A DNA stretch of 64,000 bases from an uncultured Dehalococcoidia bacterium (lineage in GTDB: Bacteria > Chloroflexota > Dehalococcoidia > UBA6926): positions 31,056-95,055 of the forward strand of contig CAYOPL010000029.1 of NCBI GenBank assembly GCA_964405845.1, written 5' to 3'. The notes below the pieces were generated by a model that made no database searches, was not told the DNA's origin, and saw only the letters and a list, made by a program, of their open reading frames with translations. Both the position numbers and the translations under genes were made by a program. Shown here in pieces: positions 38,492-47,790 of this stretch; the first letter of the stretch is position 1; each line of letters begins with the position of its first letter.

Positions 38492-40648
38492 TTAGCCGGA
38501 CTCGGAGTCTTCCGCAGCGGCAGAGGCCGGTTCCGGCTCGTCGATAGTCTGGACGATCATTTCCGAGAGATCGAGCACGCGCATGTTCTCGTCCTGGCCC
38601 GTCACACGGACGCCGTCCTCAAACATCTGGGCGCAGAACGGGCAGGCGACGGCGATAACATCGGCTCCCGCATCAATTGCATGGCGGGTGCGTCGATGGT
38701 TGATCTTCTCGTTGCCGGGGCCGTCCTCCATCCACATGTGGCCGCCGCCCGCGCCGCAGCAGAACGCGCGGTTGCGGTGCATCCCCATCTCCGTAACCCG
38801 GTCGATGCCGGGAATAGCGTCGGCGACATCTCGCGGCGCGTCATACACCCCGTTGTGCCTGCCAAGGTAGCAGGGGTCATGGTAGGTGACAGTTCCGAAC
38901 GTGGGACCTTGCCGTGTCTGGTCAAGCGTTAGACGGCCATCCGCGACAAGGCTCTGCAGGTACTGCGTGTGGTGCATGACCTGATAGTTGCCGCCGAACT
39001 CCGGGTATTCGTTCGAGATGGTGTTGAAGCAGTGCGGGCAGGTGGTGACGATGGTCTTGACGCCGTAACGATCCAGCGTCTCCACGTTCTGCATTGCCTG
39101 CAACTGGAACAGGTACTCCATGCCGATGCGGCGGGCGGGATCTCCGGTGCAGGATTCCTCATCGCCAAGGATGGCGAACTTGATTCCGGCGTTGATAAGG
39201 ATGCGGCCCGTGGCGCGCGCGATGCGCATTGAACGGTCTTCCATAGATGCCGCGCAGCCGACCCAATACAGGACTTCCAACTCCTCCGGGTTCTCGACCT
39301 CGGATATGAGCGGAACGTCGAGGCCCTCCGCCCATTCCGTGCGGGTGCGGCTCATGCCGCTCCACGGATGCCCTCGTGTTTCAAGGCTGCGGAGCGCGGC
39401 CTCCGCCGTCTCCGGCAAGCGGCCCTCGTTCATAACGAGCGCGCGGCGCATCTCAACGATTGTTGGGACGTGTTCGATAAAGACGGGGCAGGCCTCCATG
39501 CATGCGCCGCACGTGACGCATGACCAGAGGTCTTCCTCGTCGACGACCTCGCCGGCAGGAGCCATGATGAGTTCCTGATCAACCTTGGACTCATCGCCGC
39601 CGGCCTTATAAAGGGCGTTGCCGTAGGAGCCCACGTAACCCTTCAGGTTCTGGATGACCATCATCGGCGAGAGGGTCTTGCCAGTGATGTTGGCAGGGCA
39701 GTTGTCCGTGCAGCGGCTGCACCGCGTGCAGGCGTCGCCGTCCATGAGCTGCTTCCACGTGAAATCGGTCAGCGTTGCCGCGCCAAACGTCTCCCGCGTC
39801 TCAAGATTGGGGATGGCCTGCAGCTTGCCGCGCGGCTCCAGGTTGCGGAAGAACCAGTTGGCGGGAGAGATCCACGTGTGGCTGAACTTGGAGAGGGTGG
39901 CGGCGGCATAGAGCAGCCCGCCAAGCACGGTCGCGGAGTGGAACCACCAGAGGCCCCGGTAGATCGTTTCCGCCGTGTCGGCGCGGATGCCGGCAAACTC
40001 GTAGAAGAACGCGGCAAACGCAAAGCCGCCAGGTGACCAGATAGCCCAATCCGGATGGTCGATGTATTCGATGCCAAACTTCGTCTCGCCCAGCTGCCTC
40101 AGTCCTTCCAGTCCGAATCCCTGGAAGATGAGGAGGATGGCGAGGCCAAGGATGATCTTGTCGTCGAGGAGGCCGGGGGAGTGAGGCTTTCCGATGGCGG
40201 ACCGGCGGAAGATGGCCATGGTGAGACCCGCAAGAGCCATGAGTCCGCCGATGTCCCACGCGAGAGAGGAGTATAGGTACCAGTTGCCAATAGGCCACTC
40301 CAAGACTCCCTGGTGCTCGAGCGGGTACAGAAACTCTTCTTCGATAGTGCCGACGGCGGTTCCAAGGAAGAGCATGGACGCGCCCCAGAAGATGAGCAGG
40401 TGCATGAAGCCGCCGTAGCGGTCTCGCAGGAACTTCTCGTGGCCGTAGCCCTGTGTAACGAGGAGACGGGTGAATGCGATGCCGCGTGTGATGGGGTTGC
40501 CGAGTCGGTCCGCGGGTTGGCCGAGTTTCCAGAGCTGGGCGCGCTCATAGAGTCGGTAGAAGATGTAGGCGACCGTGAGTCCGGCGAGCGCGAAGAGGAT
40601 CCACTTGAGCTCGCCGATTGTCCAGAGAAATTCCTTTTCAGGGGTCAC
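38492..40648 (-). CDS. Membrane-bound Fe-S oxidoreductase, EtfD-like (NarI-like membrane domain + 2x[4Fe-4S] + two CCG domains)
   Basis: ORF 38492..40888. Preferred GTG 40648 with GGGAGGG 8 nt upstream; the longer form would overlap etfB. Multiple N-terminal TM helices, CTRCSRCTDNCP and CVTCGACMEACP ferredoxin motifs, and HdrD/GlpC-type CCG motifs (VTTCPHC, FCCGAGGG). It is divergent from etfBA. Confidence 0.8.
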   Translation of the reverse strand: MTPEKEFLWTIGELKWILFALAGLTVAYIFYRLYERAQLWKLGQPADRLGNPITRGIAFTRLLVTQGYGHEKFLRDRYGGFMHLLIFWGASMLFLGTAVGTIEEEFLYPLEHQGVLEWPIGNWYLYSSLAWDIGGLMALAGLTMAIFRRSAIGKPHSPGLLDDKIILGLAILLIFQGFGLEGLRQLGETKFGIEYIDHPDWAIWSPGGFAFAAFFYEFAGIRADTAETIYRGLWWFHSATVLGGLLYAAATLSKFSHTWISPANWFFRNLEPRGKLQAIPNLETRETFGAATLTDFTWKQLMDGDACTRCSRCTDNCPANITGKTLSPMMVIQNLKGYVGSYGNALYKAGGDESKVDQELIMAPAGEVVDEEDLWSCVTCGACMEACPVFIEHVPTIVEMRRALVMNEGRLPETAEAALRSLETRGHPWSGMSRTRTEWAEGLDVPLISEVENPEELEVLYWVGCAASMEDRSMRIARATGRILINAGIKFAILGDEESCTGDPARRIGMEYLFQLQAMQNVETLDRYGVKTIVTTCPHCFNTISNEYPEFGGNYQVMHHTQYLQSLVADGRLTLDQTRQGPTFGTVTYHDPCYLGRHNGVYDAPRDVADAIPGIDRVTEMGMHRNRAFCCGAGGGHMWMEDGPGNEKINHRRTRHAIDAGADVIAVACPFCAQMFEDGVRVTGQDENMRVLDLSEMIVQTIDEPEPASAAAEDSESG

Positions 40649-40861
40649 AGCGCTACCCTCCCCCGCCCAGTTTCGGCTGTTGTTGCCGCCGTTCGGGGCA
40701 GTATAGCACGGGGCACGGAAATTTCGGGTTGAAAATGGCCTTTCACGCCGCGCCCGCCACGTTTGTGCAATTTGACACAATTCAACCCAGAATGCTATAC
40801 ATTTTAGTGCCTCCAGATGCTGGGGGCGTTCCCATGTAAGACGGGTTTTTTGGGGGTATGA

Positions 40862-41653
40862 ATGCGCATCATCGTTACCGTTAAACAAGTGCCTGATCCG
40901 GAGGCGCCGCAGAGTTCATTCACGGCGGACCGGGCGGCCAAGAGAGTGGCCGTCGCGGCAAGCGTTCCAGCGGCTGTGAGCGACTATGACAACTACGCCG
41001 CGGAAGCGGCGCTTCGCATCAAGGACAACGATGCTGATACAACCGTCAGCGTTGTGAGCCTCGGAGAGAGCCATGTCCTCGACGTGATCAAGCGACCCTT
41101 GGCGATGGGCGCAGATGATCTCTTCCTGGTGCAGGACCCTGATTTGCCCAACGGCGACCCGGTGACGGTTGCCGCTGCGTTGGCAGCGGCAATTCGCAAG
41201 ATTGGCGATTTCGATCTCATTGTGTCCGGCAGGCAGTCGTCTGACCTTGACCAGGGAATCGTGGCCACGGCGTTGGCGGCCATCCTGGATATTCCCGTCC
41301 TAACGAACGCGATCGCCGTTGAAGTGGGTGATGGCGAGGTGCAGATCGACCGCATCGTCGATGACGGCATCGATACCATAGCGGCACGGCTCCCCGCCCT
41401 CGTAACCGTGTCCAACGAGCTTGGACAGCCGCGGTACGCAACGATGCGAGGCATCATGGCGGCTCGCCGCGTGGATCCAACAGTGTGGGGCAAGGGAGAT
41501 CTTGAGGCGATGGACGCGGCCGATCCGTTCACGGAGGTCGTTGACCTGTTCGCGCCTGAGAAGTCCTCCAACGTCGAGATGATCGAGGGCGAGACACCGG
41601 CAGAGGCGGCCAAGGCGTTGGCGCAGCGATTGCGCGAGGAGCGCCTGATCTAG
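40862..41653 (+). CDS. etfB: Electron transfer flavoprotein subunit beta
   Basis: 263 aa. Motifs: MRIIVTVKQVPD, DLIVSGRQSSDLDQG, ATMRGIMAA. Confidence 0.9.
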   Translation: MRIIVTVKQVPDPEAPQSSFTADRAAKRVAVAASVPAAVSDYDNYAAEAALRIKDNDADTTVSVVSLGESHVLDVIKRPLAMGADDLFLVQDPDLPNGDPVTVAAALAAAIRKIGDFDLIVSGRQSSDLDQGIVATALAAILDIPVLTNAIAVEVGDGEVQIDRIVDDGIDTIAARLPALVTVSNELGQPRYATMRGIMAARRVDPTVWGKGDLEAMDAADPFTEVVDLFAPEKSSNVEMIEGETPAEAAKALAQRLREERLI

Positions 41654-41705
41654 GCCGGCCAAGTACAAAAGATTCCGAATCACGGAACGAGAAGGAGAAC
41701 AAGAA

Positions 41706-42704
41706 ATGGCCGGTGAGAACGGCATTCTGATTGTTGCGGAGACAGGCGCGGACGGCTCCCTGGGCTCGATTACAGCAGAGTTGATGTCGGCGGCACAGGG
41801 ACTGTCAGCAGACTTGGGCGAGCCGATTTCGGCTGCGCTGATCGGCAGCGGCGTTGGAGACCGCGCGCAGGACATCATCGATCTGGGCGCGGACACCGTG
41901 TACCTGGTGGACGGAGACCAGTTCGCCAGCTACCTGAACGAGACATACACTCCGGCGGTCATCGCCATCGCCCAGCAGGCGAACCCGCGCATCATCCTGA
42001 TTGGCCACACGCCGAACGGGCGTGATCTTGGGCCGTACCTTGCGGTACGCCTGCAGACGGGCATCGCGTCGGATACGTCCGGGCTGAGCATTGCGGACGG
42101 TCAGTTGCAGGCGGCGCGATCCGTGGCGGGAGGCCTGTTCAGGCAGGTCGTCTCGTTCCCAAAGATGCCTGCCATCGCGACGGTCCACATGAAGGCGTAT
42201 GACGGTGCGGAGCCGCAGAGCGGCCGCTCCGGCAACACGGTCAACGTGGACGTCGGGCTGGACGCCTCATCCGTACGCTCGCGATTCGTCAAGCACGAGG
42301 ATGCGCAGGTTGAGGGCATCCGCATGGAGGACGCGACGATTGTCGTGACCGGCGGACGCGGCATGGGTGACGAAGCGGGCTTCAACGAGCTCTACAAGCT
42401 GCAGACGCTTCTGCCGCAGTCCGCGGTTGGCGCGACGCGCGCGGCGACGGACTCGGGCTTCTGTGATCAGGACCTGATGATTGGCATCACGGGGCGCGTG
42501 GTCTCTCCGGACGTTTACTTTGCGATTGCGTTGTCGGGCGCCAGCCAGCACATGGCGGGCTGCTCCGGCTCCAAGAACATCGTGGCCATCAACCGTGATC
42601 CCGAAGCCAACATCTTCAGCGAGTCGCGCTTCGGCGTCGTCGGCGACTACAAGCAGGTTCTGCCGGCGCTCATCGAAGAGGTTGAGAAGTTGATGCAGGG
42701 CTGA
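41706..42704 (+). CDS. etfA: Electron transfer flavoprotein subunit alpha
   Basis: 332 aa with the FAD-binding C-domain: VVTGGRGMG, AVGATRAATDSGF, IGITGRVVSPDVYFAIALSGASQHMAG. Confidence 0.9.
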   Translation: MAGENGILIVAETGADGSLGSITAELMSAAQGLSADLGEPISAALIGSGVGDRAQDIIDLGADTVYLVDGDQFASYLNETYTPAVIAIAQQANPRIILIGHTPNGRDLGPYLAVRLQTGIASDTSGLSIADGQLQAARSVAGGLFRQVVSFPKMPAIATVHMKAYDGAEPQSGRSGNTVNVDVGLDASSVRSRFVKHEDAQVEGIRMEDATIVVTGGRGMGDEAGFNELYKLQTLLPQSAVGATRAATDSGFCDQDLMIGITGRVVSPDVYFAIALSGASQHMAGCSGSKNIVAINRDPEANIFSESRFGVVGDYKQVLPALIEEVEKLMQG

Positions 42705-42733
42705 ACAGGCTCAATCAACAGAAACGTCAACGA

Positions 42734-42763
42734 GGCGCTCCACCGGAGCGCCCCGTTCTTTTG
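42734..42763. terminator. Hairpin terminator between convergent etfA and the EF-G paralogue
   Basis: GGCGCTCC (42734-42741) / GGAGCGCC (42745-42752) with a 3-nt loop, followed by CCGTTCTTTTG. T-rich sequence is also present on the opposite strand. Confidence 0.6.
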
Positions 42764-42780
42764 TCTCGTCTAGCTGAGTG

Positions 42781-44835
42781 CTAGGACTCTGCGCTCTCGT
42801 CGATGATCTTCTGGGCCAGGTGCTGTGGCACCTCTTCGTAATGAGAGAAGCGCATGGTGTATGAGGCGCGGCCCTGCGTCATGGAGCGGAGTTCGGTCGA
42901 GTACCGTAGCACCTCCGCCATCGGGGCTTCGGCCTGCACCGTCGTCACTTCGTTCTCCGTCGTCATACCCTGCACGTGGGCGCGCTTGGAGTTGAGGTTG
43001 CCGATCACGTCGCCGGTGAAGTCATCCGGGGTGACCACTTCGAGCGTCATCACAGGCTCAAGGAGAACGGGCTGTGCCTGCTGGATGCCCTGCTTGAGGG
43101 CCGTGGACGCGGCAATCTTGAACGCCATTTCCGATGAATCGACGGCATGGAAACTGCCGTCGACGAGCACAGCACGCACGTCGACGATCGGGAAATGAGC
43201 GACCGCGCCCTCCGGTAGCGTTTCACGGATGCCCTTTTCGACGGCAGGTATGAAATTCTTGGGCACCGCGCCGCCGACGACCTTCTCGCCGAACTCAAAC
43301 CCGACGCCCCGATCCAGAGGTTCCAACTGAAGGACAACATGGCCGTATTGGCCATGACCGCCTGTCTGCTTCTTGTGCTTGTACTCGGCGCGGGTTGAGA
43401 TGCGAATCGTTTCGCGGTAGGGCACCTTGGGCGTACCGGTCTCCACTTCGACACCAAACTTGCGCGCCAGCTTGTGGACGGCAACGTCGATGTGTGAATC
43501 GCCAAGGCCGGACACGATGATCTCATGCGTGTCGCTCTCGCGTGTCATCGTAAGGCTTGGGTCCTCTTCAAGCAGTCTGGTAAGAGCCGGGCCCATCTTG
43601 TCCTGGTCCGCCTTTGTCTTGGCCTCAACGGCCACGCTGAAGATCGGCTCAGGAAACTGGATGGCGGGCAGGGCGATGCCTGCCTCACGCGTTGAGAGGG
43701 TGTCGCCTGTTCGCGACACACCGAGCTTGGCGACCGCGCCGATGTCTCCCGGGGCGAGACTGTCCACGTTGGCGTGTTCCTTGCCGATGGGGACGATGAT
43801 CTGCGCGACGCGCTCCTGCTCATTCTGCGCCGTGTTCCATGCCTGGCTGTTCGTGTTCATCACCCCCGACTGGACGCGGAAGTAGGAGAGCTTGCCAACG
43901 AACGGATCCGCCGTGGTCTTGAAGATGAGGGCCGCGAGCGCGCCGGACGAGTCCGGGGTGATAGTTACCTCCTCACCGGAAGCAGTCTGCGCGGATGGCG
44001 CGTCCACGTCCTCGGGGCTTGGCGTCAGGTTTGCGAGGACATTCAGCAGTGCATCCGTGCCCGCGCCAGTTTGGGCTGATGCGGCGAGCACCGGGAAGAC
44101 ATTGCCTGAAGTGACACCCACACGCAGGGCGGCAAGCAACTCCTCGTCCGTGATGTCCTCACCTTCAAGGTACTTGGTGGCGAGGTCGTCGTCCGCGTCC
44201 GCGGCGGCCTCGATGACCTGCTCGCGGTACGACTCGACGTCCACGCCCATGTCGTCCGTTACGCCAGATTCAGTGCCGTCCTCCAGGTACGCCTTTCTGT
44301 TGAGGACATCAACCACGCCGCGGAACGAATCGCCCGCGCCGATGGGAACAATGACGGGGGCGCAGCCGTTTCCGTAACGACCGCGAACTGTTGAGAACAT
44401 GGCGTCGTAGTCCGCGTTCTCGCGGTCCATCTTGCCGAGGACGAGCAGGCGGGCGAGGCCGCGCTCTGACGCTCTCCTCCATGCTGCGTCCGTGCCGACC
44501 TGTGGACCGGTAGAGGCATCCATGGCGATGAGGGCGGAATCAGCGACGAGCAGGCCGCTGAGCATCTCGCCCAGAAAGTCCATATAACCCGGCGTATCAA
44601 GGACGTTGAGCTTCTTGCCCGTCCATTCGACGGGGAGAACAGAGAGGTTCACTGACCCGCCGCGACGCTCCTCTTCAGGTTCAAAGTCGGAGGCCGTGGT
44701 GCCGTCCTCGATCTTCCCCATTCGGCTCAGCGCGCCCGACCGAAACAGCAGGCGCTCTGCGAGCGTCGTCTTGCCGTCACCGTTGTGTCCCAGGAGCACG
44801 ATGTTACGAATGTCGGATGTCGAGTAATTCTGCAT
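42781..44835 (-). CDS. Elongation factor G paralogue with degenerate GTPase motifs
   Basis: 684 aa with full five-domain EF-G length. G1 is GHNGDGKTT. G3 reads DTPGYMDF (Tyr84 in place of the catalytic His). G4 reads LGKMD (Gly in place of the NKxD Asn). It is not in a str-operon context. Confidence 0.9.
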   Translation of the reverse strand: MQNYSTSDIRNIVLLGHNGDGKTTLAERLLFRSGALSRMGKIEDGTTASDFEPEEERRGGSVNLSVLPVEWTGKKLNVLDTPGYMDFLGEMLSGLLVADSALIAMDASTGPQVGTDAAWRRASERGLARLLVLGKMDRENADYDAMFSTVRGRYGNGCAPVIVPIGAGDSFRGVVDVLNRKAYLEDGTESGVTDDMGVDVESYREQVIEAAADADDDLATKYLEGEDITDEELLAALRVGVTSGNVFPVLAASAQTGAGTDALLNVLANLTPSPEDVDAPSAQTASGEEVTITPDSSGALAALIFKTTADPFVGKLSYFRVQSGVMNTNSQAWNTAQNEQERVAQIIVPIGKEHANVDSLAPGDIGAVAKLGVSRTGDTLSTREAGIALPAIQFPEPIFSVAVEAKTKADQDKMGPALTRLLEEDPSLTMTRESDTHEIIVSGLGDSHIDVAVHKLARKFGVEVETGTPKVPYRETIRISTRAEYKHKKQTGGHGQYGHVVLQLEPLDRGVGFEFGEKVVGGAVPKNFIPAVEKGIRETLPEGAVAHFPIVDVRAVLVDGSFHAVDSSEMAFKIAASTALKQGIQQAQPVLLEPVMTLEVVTPDDFTGDVIGNLNSKRAHVQGMTTENEVTTVQAEAPMAEVLRYSTELRSMTQGRASYTMRFSHYEEVPQHLAQKIIDESAES

Positions 44836-44919
44836 TCCTGTCCCCCCAACCTGCCGGTTCGCACGCTGGCGACCGGGTGATTTATCGCACCATTCTACGG
44901 CAGGAAACGCGGTGTCTCA

Positions 44920-46179
44920 ATGCGCCGCGCCTATACTGGCCGCATGGGTCTCGTTCGCGCGTTGCCCCTACGAATATTAATCCTCGCCGTGGCGGCCCTT
45001 GGGTCGTTGCTGGCGCTGCCGGGGTGCGTTGCGCCTGCTGGGGACATTATTGCCGGAGTCCGGGCGTCTGCCGCGCATGACAGTTTCAATATCGCGGTGT
45101 GGGAACTTCGTCACGCGTCCGACATCGTCGAGGCGCTAAACACGCCTCCGGAGAACCCCGCCGCGATTGATGAGTATTTCGAGACGAGCGCGCGGCTCCG
45201 TGAGGCCGCGGGCAGGGTAGAGTTTCTGCTGGCAAATCGGCCTGCGGATGATCATGAACTGCTTGAAGCGTTGGAAGAAGAGGAAGCTATCGAGCAGGAA
45301 TTGGAGGAGATTCGTGCTCGAGCGACCCTCGCTCTGCGCGGGCTGATGATGAATACGATGCGAGAGGCAGGGCTGGTGTCAGACCCGCCCGTGCTGGGCG
45401 AGATCGTTTTCCCTCCGGTCTCGTTCGTGATGGAAGACTTGCCGCGAGCCTTAATCGTGTCGCCGCGTGATCGCATTGACCTCATGGAGTCGCTGCCGCT
45501 GCGGCCGGATATCTCAACGGAAGAGATACTGCGTCTTGAAGAAGTGTTGACGGATAGAGGGCTCTCAGCCCTCGTAGTGAACATTGGCGGGATGGGAACG
45601 TATCCGGCATTGGTCAAGGCAACGTCCACACGCGACTTCACCATTCGGACGATTCTGCATGAGTGGGTCCACCACTACCTGTTCTTCCATCCGTTGGGGC
45701 AGCGGTACAGGGCGAGCGGCGATATGACGACGATCAATGAAACGGTGGCCAACATGGTGGCGGCGGATACGGCGGCGCTCGCGCTGAATCAACCGCCGCC
45801 CGTATTCCGCGTGCCGGAGCCGCCCACGGAACCGCATCGCGATCCCGGCGTATTCGACTTCGGGATGTACATGAGAGAGACGCGAGTGGAGGCCGAACGG
45901 CTGCTTGCCGACGGGCTGATTGATGAGGCGGAGGCATACATGGAGTCGCGTCGTGTCCACCTGAATGAGACGCATGGCTATGCGATTCGAAAGATCAACC
46001 AGGCCTACTTCGCGTTTCATGGGAGTTACGCAGATTCTCCGGCAGGCGGATCGGTCAGCCCGATCTATGGGCAGTTGATAGAGGTGCGGAACCAAACGGG
46101 TTCCGTGGCCGAGTTTCTACACACAGTGCGGGAGATCAAGAGCACGGCAGAGCTAGAGAGTTTAGCGGGCGCGGGGTAG
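44920..46179 (+). CDS. Hypothetical lipoprotein with HExxH zinc-metallopeptidase motif
   Basis: 419 aa with signal peptide and lipobox LLALPGC. Single HExxH at ILHEWVHHYLFF. I do not recognise the family. Confidence 0.5.
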   Translation: MRRAYTGRMGLVRALPLRILILAVAALGSLLALPGCVAPAGDIIAGVRASAAHDSFNIAVWELRHASDIVEALNTPPENPAAIDEYFETSARLREAAGRVEFLLANRPADDHELLEALEEEEAIEQELEEIRARATLALRGLMMNTMREAGLVSDPPVLGEIVFPPVSFVMEDLPRALIVSPRDRIDLMESLPLRPDISTEEILRLEEVLTDRGLSALVVNIGGMGTYPALVKATSTRDFTIRTILHEWVHHYLFFHPLGQRYRASGDMTTINETVANMVAADTAALALNQPPPVFRVPEPPTEPHRDPGVFDFGMYMRETRVEAERLLADGLIDEAEAYMESRRVHLNETHGYAIRKINQAYFAFHGSYADSPAGGSVSPIYGQLIEVRNQTGSVAEFLHTVREIKSTAELESLAGAG

Positions 46180-46189
46180 GTGGCTGAAC

Positions 46190-46246
46190 CCCCAAAAAGC
46201 AAGTCCCCGCGGCGCTCAGCGCCACGGGGACTCTTGGTTTCTTTCG
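46190..46246. terminator. Bidirectional hairpin terminator between convergent genes
   Basis: AGTCCCCG-c-GGCGC tca GCGCC-a-CGGGGACT (46202-46232). CCCCCAAAAAGCA on the left gives a U-run for the minus strand, and CTTGGTTTCTTTC on the right gives a U-rich run for the plus strand. Confidence 0.65.
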
Positions 46247-46257
46247 CTTGTGTGGGA

Positions 46258-46758
46258 CTACGTGACCGTGAACTCAGCCCACATTCCGAGCTGGTAGTGG
46301 GTTGCCACGTTGCAGAGGAGCATGTACTCGCCTGCATCGAGGTTCAGGGTGAGCTCATCAGAGCTGTCTGCGGGAAGGTCGGCCTCAAGCAGGCTGCCAA
46401 GAATGGTGCCGACGCCGTCGACCATGTTGCCGCTCTCGGAGATTAGACCGGCCTCGGTTGGAAGATCGGCGAGGTCTGCGGCCATTCCGGCGTCATTGAG
46501 CTTGACGACCTTGAACTCATGCGCAATCAGACCGACGTTCTCAATGTCAAACGTCACTGAGCCGGCGGCTATGGAAGAGGGGCTGGTTGCCATGGTGTAT
46601 GTGCCGCCCTGGTCATCCATTGAGATTGAGACGGTGTTGCTGCTTCCACTCGATCCGCCCCCATTATCATCGCCATTCCCACCGCCGCCACAGGCGATCA
46701 CTGCCAGTGAGCCGACGATGAATAGAACCCCCACAAGATAAACAAGAGACCTGCGCAT
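46258..46758 (-). CDS. Cupredoxin (type-1 blue copper) lipoprotein
   Basis: 166 aa with lipobox VIACGG and a Gly/Ser/Asn tether. Copper ligands: His in IAHEF, then C-x4-H-x4-M (LLCNVATHYQLGM). Confidence 0.75.
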   Translation of the reverse strand: MRRSLVYLVGVLFIVGSLAVIACGGGGNGDDNGGGSSGSSNTVSISMDDQGGTYTMATSPSSIAAGSVTFDIENVGLIAHEFKVVKLNDAGMAADLADLPTEAGLISESGNMVDGVGTILGSLLEADLPADSSDELTLNLDAGEYMLLCNVATHYQLGMWAEFTVT

Positions 46759-46886
46759 GTCTTAAGGAATCCCCCTTTTTTGAACGTGTATTCAACCTGT
46801 TAAATGTATCACATTTGGGTATAAATGGGGTGTAGCCGGATACGTTGCGGTCGCTTTATCGAGGGGCGGGCATGGCGTAGGATGGG

Positions 46887-47786
46887 TTGATGCTGATCAA
46901 TCAGTCGGTTTCAGGGTCGGCGCTGCGAGCAAGCGGGCTCGCGTACTGGGAGCTGCTCAAGCCGCGCGTGACGATCCTCCTGACGTTCCTGGGCGCTGCT
47001 GCGGCCGTCGTCGCCTCCGGCGCTGACCCGGCGCAATCGGGCAGGGTGGCCCTTATCACACTGGCCGTCTTTCTTGGCAGCGGCGGCTCAAACGGGCTGA
47101 CGAATTATCTCGATAGGGCGCTTGATGCGCGCATGAACCGGACGCGAGGTCGCAGCATCCCGAGCGGTCGCATCACTCCGGCGGAACGTGGTCTGTACTG
47201 GTCGGCTGCGTGGGTTATTGCAGGTGTTGCGCTTGCGTTCCTGGTTCACCCGCTGGCCGCGTTGGCAGGCGTCATTGGAACGTTGGCGGCAGTCACGTTC
47301 CGAAAGACCGAGGCGACACATTTCCTCGGTGGCGTCTCAAGCGCGTCTCCTGTGGCGGCAGGATGGTTGGCGATGGACCCCACTTTGGGGCCGGTGATTG
47401 GGCTGTTGTGCGTTTTTGTGGGAGTCTGGGTGATTCACCACGTGTGGGCGATCATGCTGTTTTACAGGCCGGACTATCTGCAGGCAGGGGTTGGTATCTT
47501 CCCGCTTCGGTCAGCATGGCCAAGCGCGCGACCACTGTTCCTCTCGTTGGCGGCGTTGCTGGTCGTTTTGGTGGTGGCGATGGGCTTCGTAGCAGAACAA
47601 GGACCTGTCTATTGGGCGATGGCAGGCGGCTTTGCGCTCTACAACATCTGGGGCACGATGCAGCTTGAGCGAGCGTCGCTGAGTCCGGCTGTTCAGCGTC
47701 GCCGATTCAAGACGGCGTCGTACAGCCTTTTGTGTGGAATGTTCACGGCGCTGCTGATTACAACAGCCCTCGCCGCCGTTCAGTGA
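46887..47786 (+). CDS. ctaB: Protoheme IX farnesyltransferase (heme O synthase, UbiA family)
   Basis: 299 aa, polytopic. Motif: NYLDRALDARMNRTRGRSIPSGRI (D-x-x-D-x-x-M-x-R-T..RP..G signature). Confidence 0.8.
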   Translation: MMLINQSVSGSALRASGLAYWELLKPRVTILLTFLGAAAAVVASGADPAQSGRVALITLAVFLGSGGSNGLTNYLDRALDARMNRTRGRSIPSGRITPAERGLYWSAAWVIAGVALAFLVHPLAALAGVIGTLAAVTFRKTEATHFLGGVSSASPVAAGWLAMDPTLGPVIGLLCVFVGVWVIHHVWAIMLFYRPDYLQAGVGIFPLRSAWPSARPLFLSLAALLVVLVVAMGFVAEQGPVYWAMAGGFALYNIWGTMQLERASLSPAVQRRRFKTASYSLLCGMFTALLITTALAAVQ

Positions 47787-47790
47787 GGCT

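Noticed and set aside
40764-40779. CRP/FNR-like site TGTGC-N6-ACACA listed as a regulatory feature.
   Set aside because: It has only an 8/10 match, no supporting second site and no known cognate regulator. It is mentioned within the Etf finding but not annotated as a feature.
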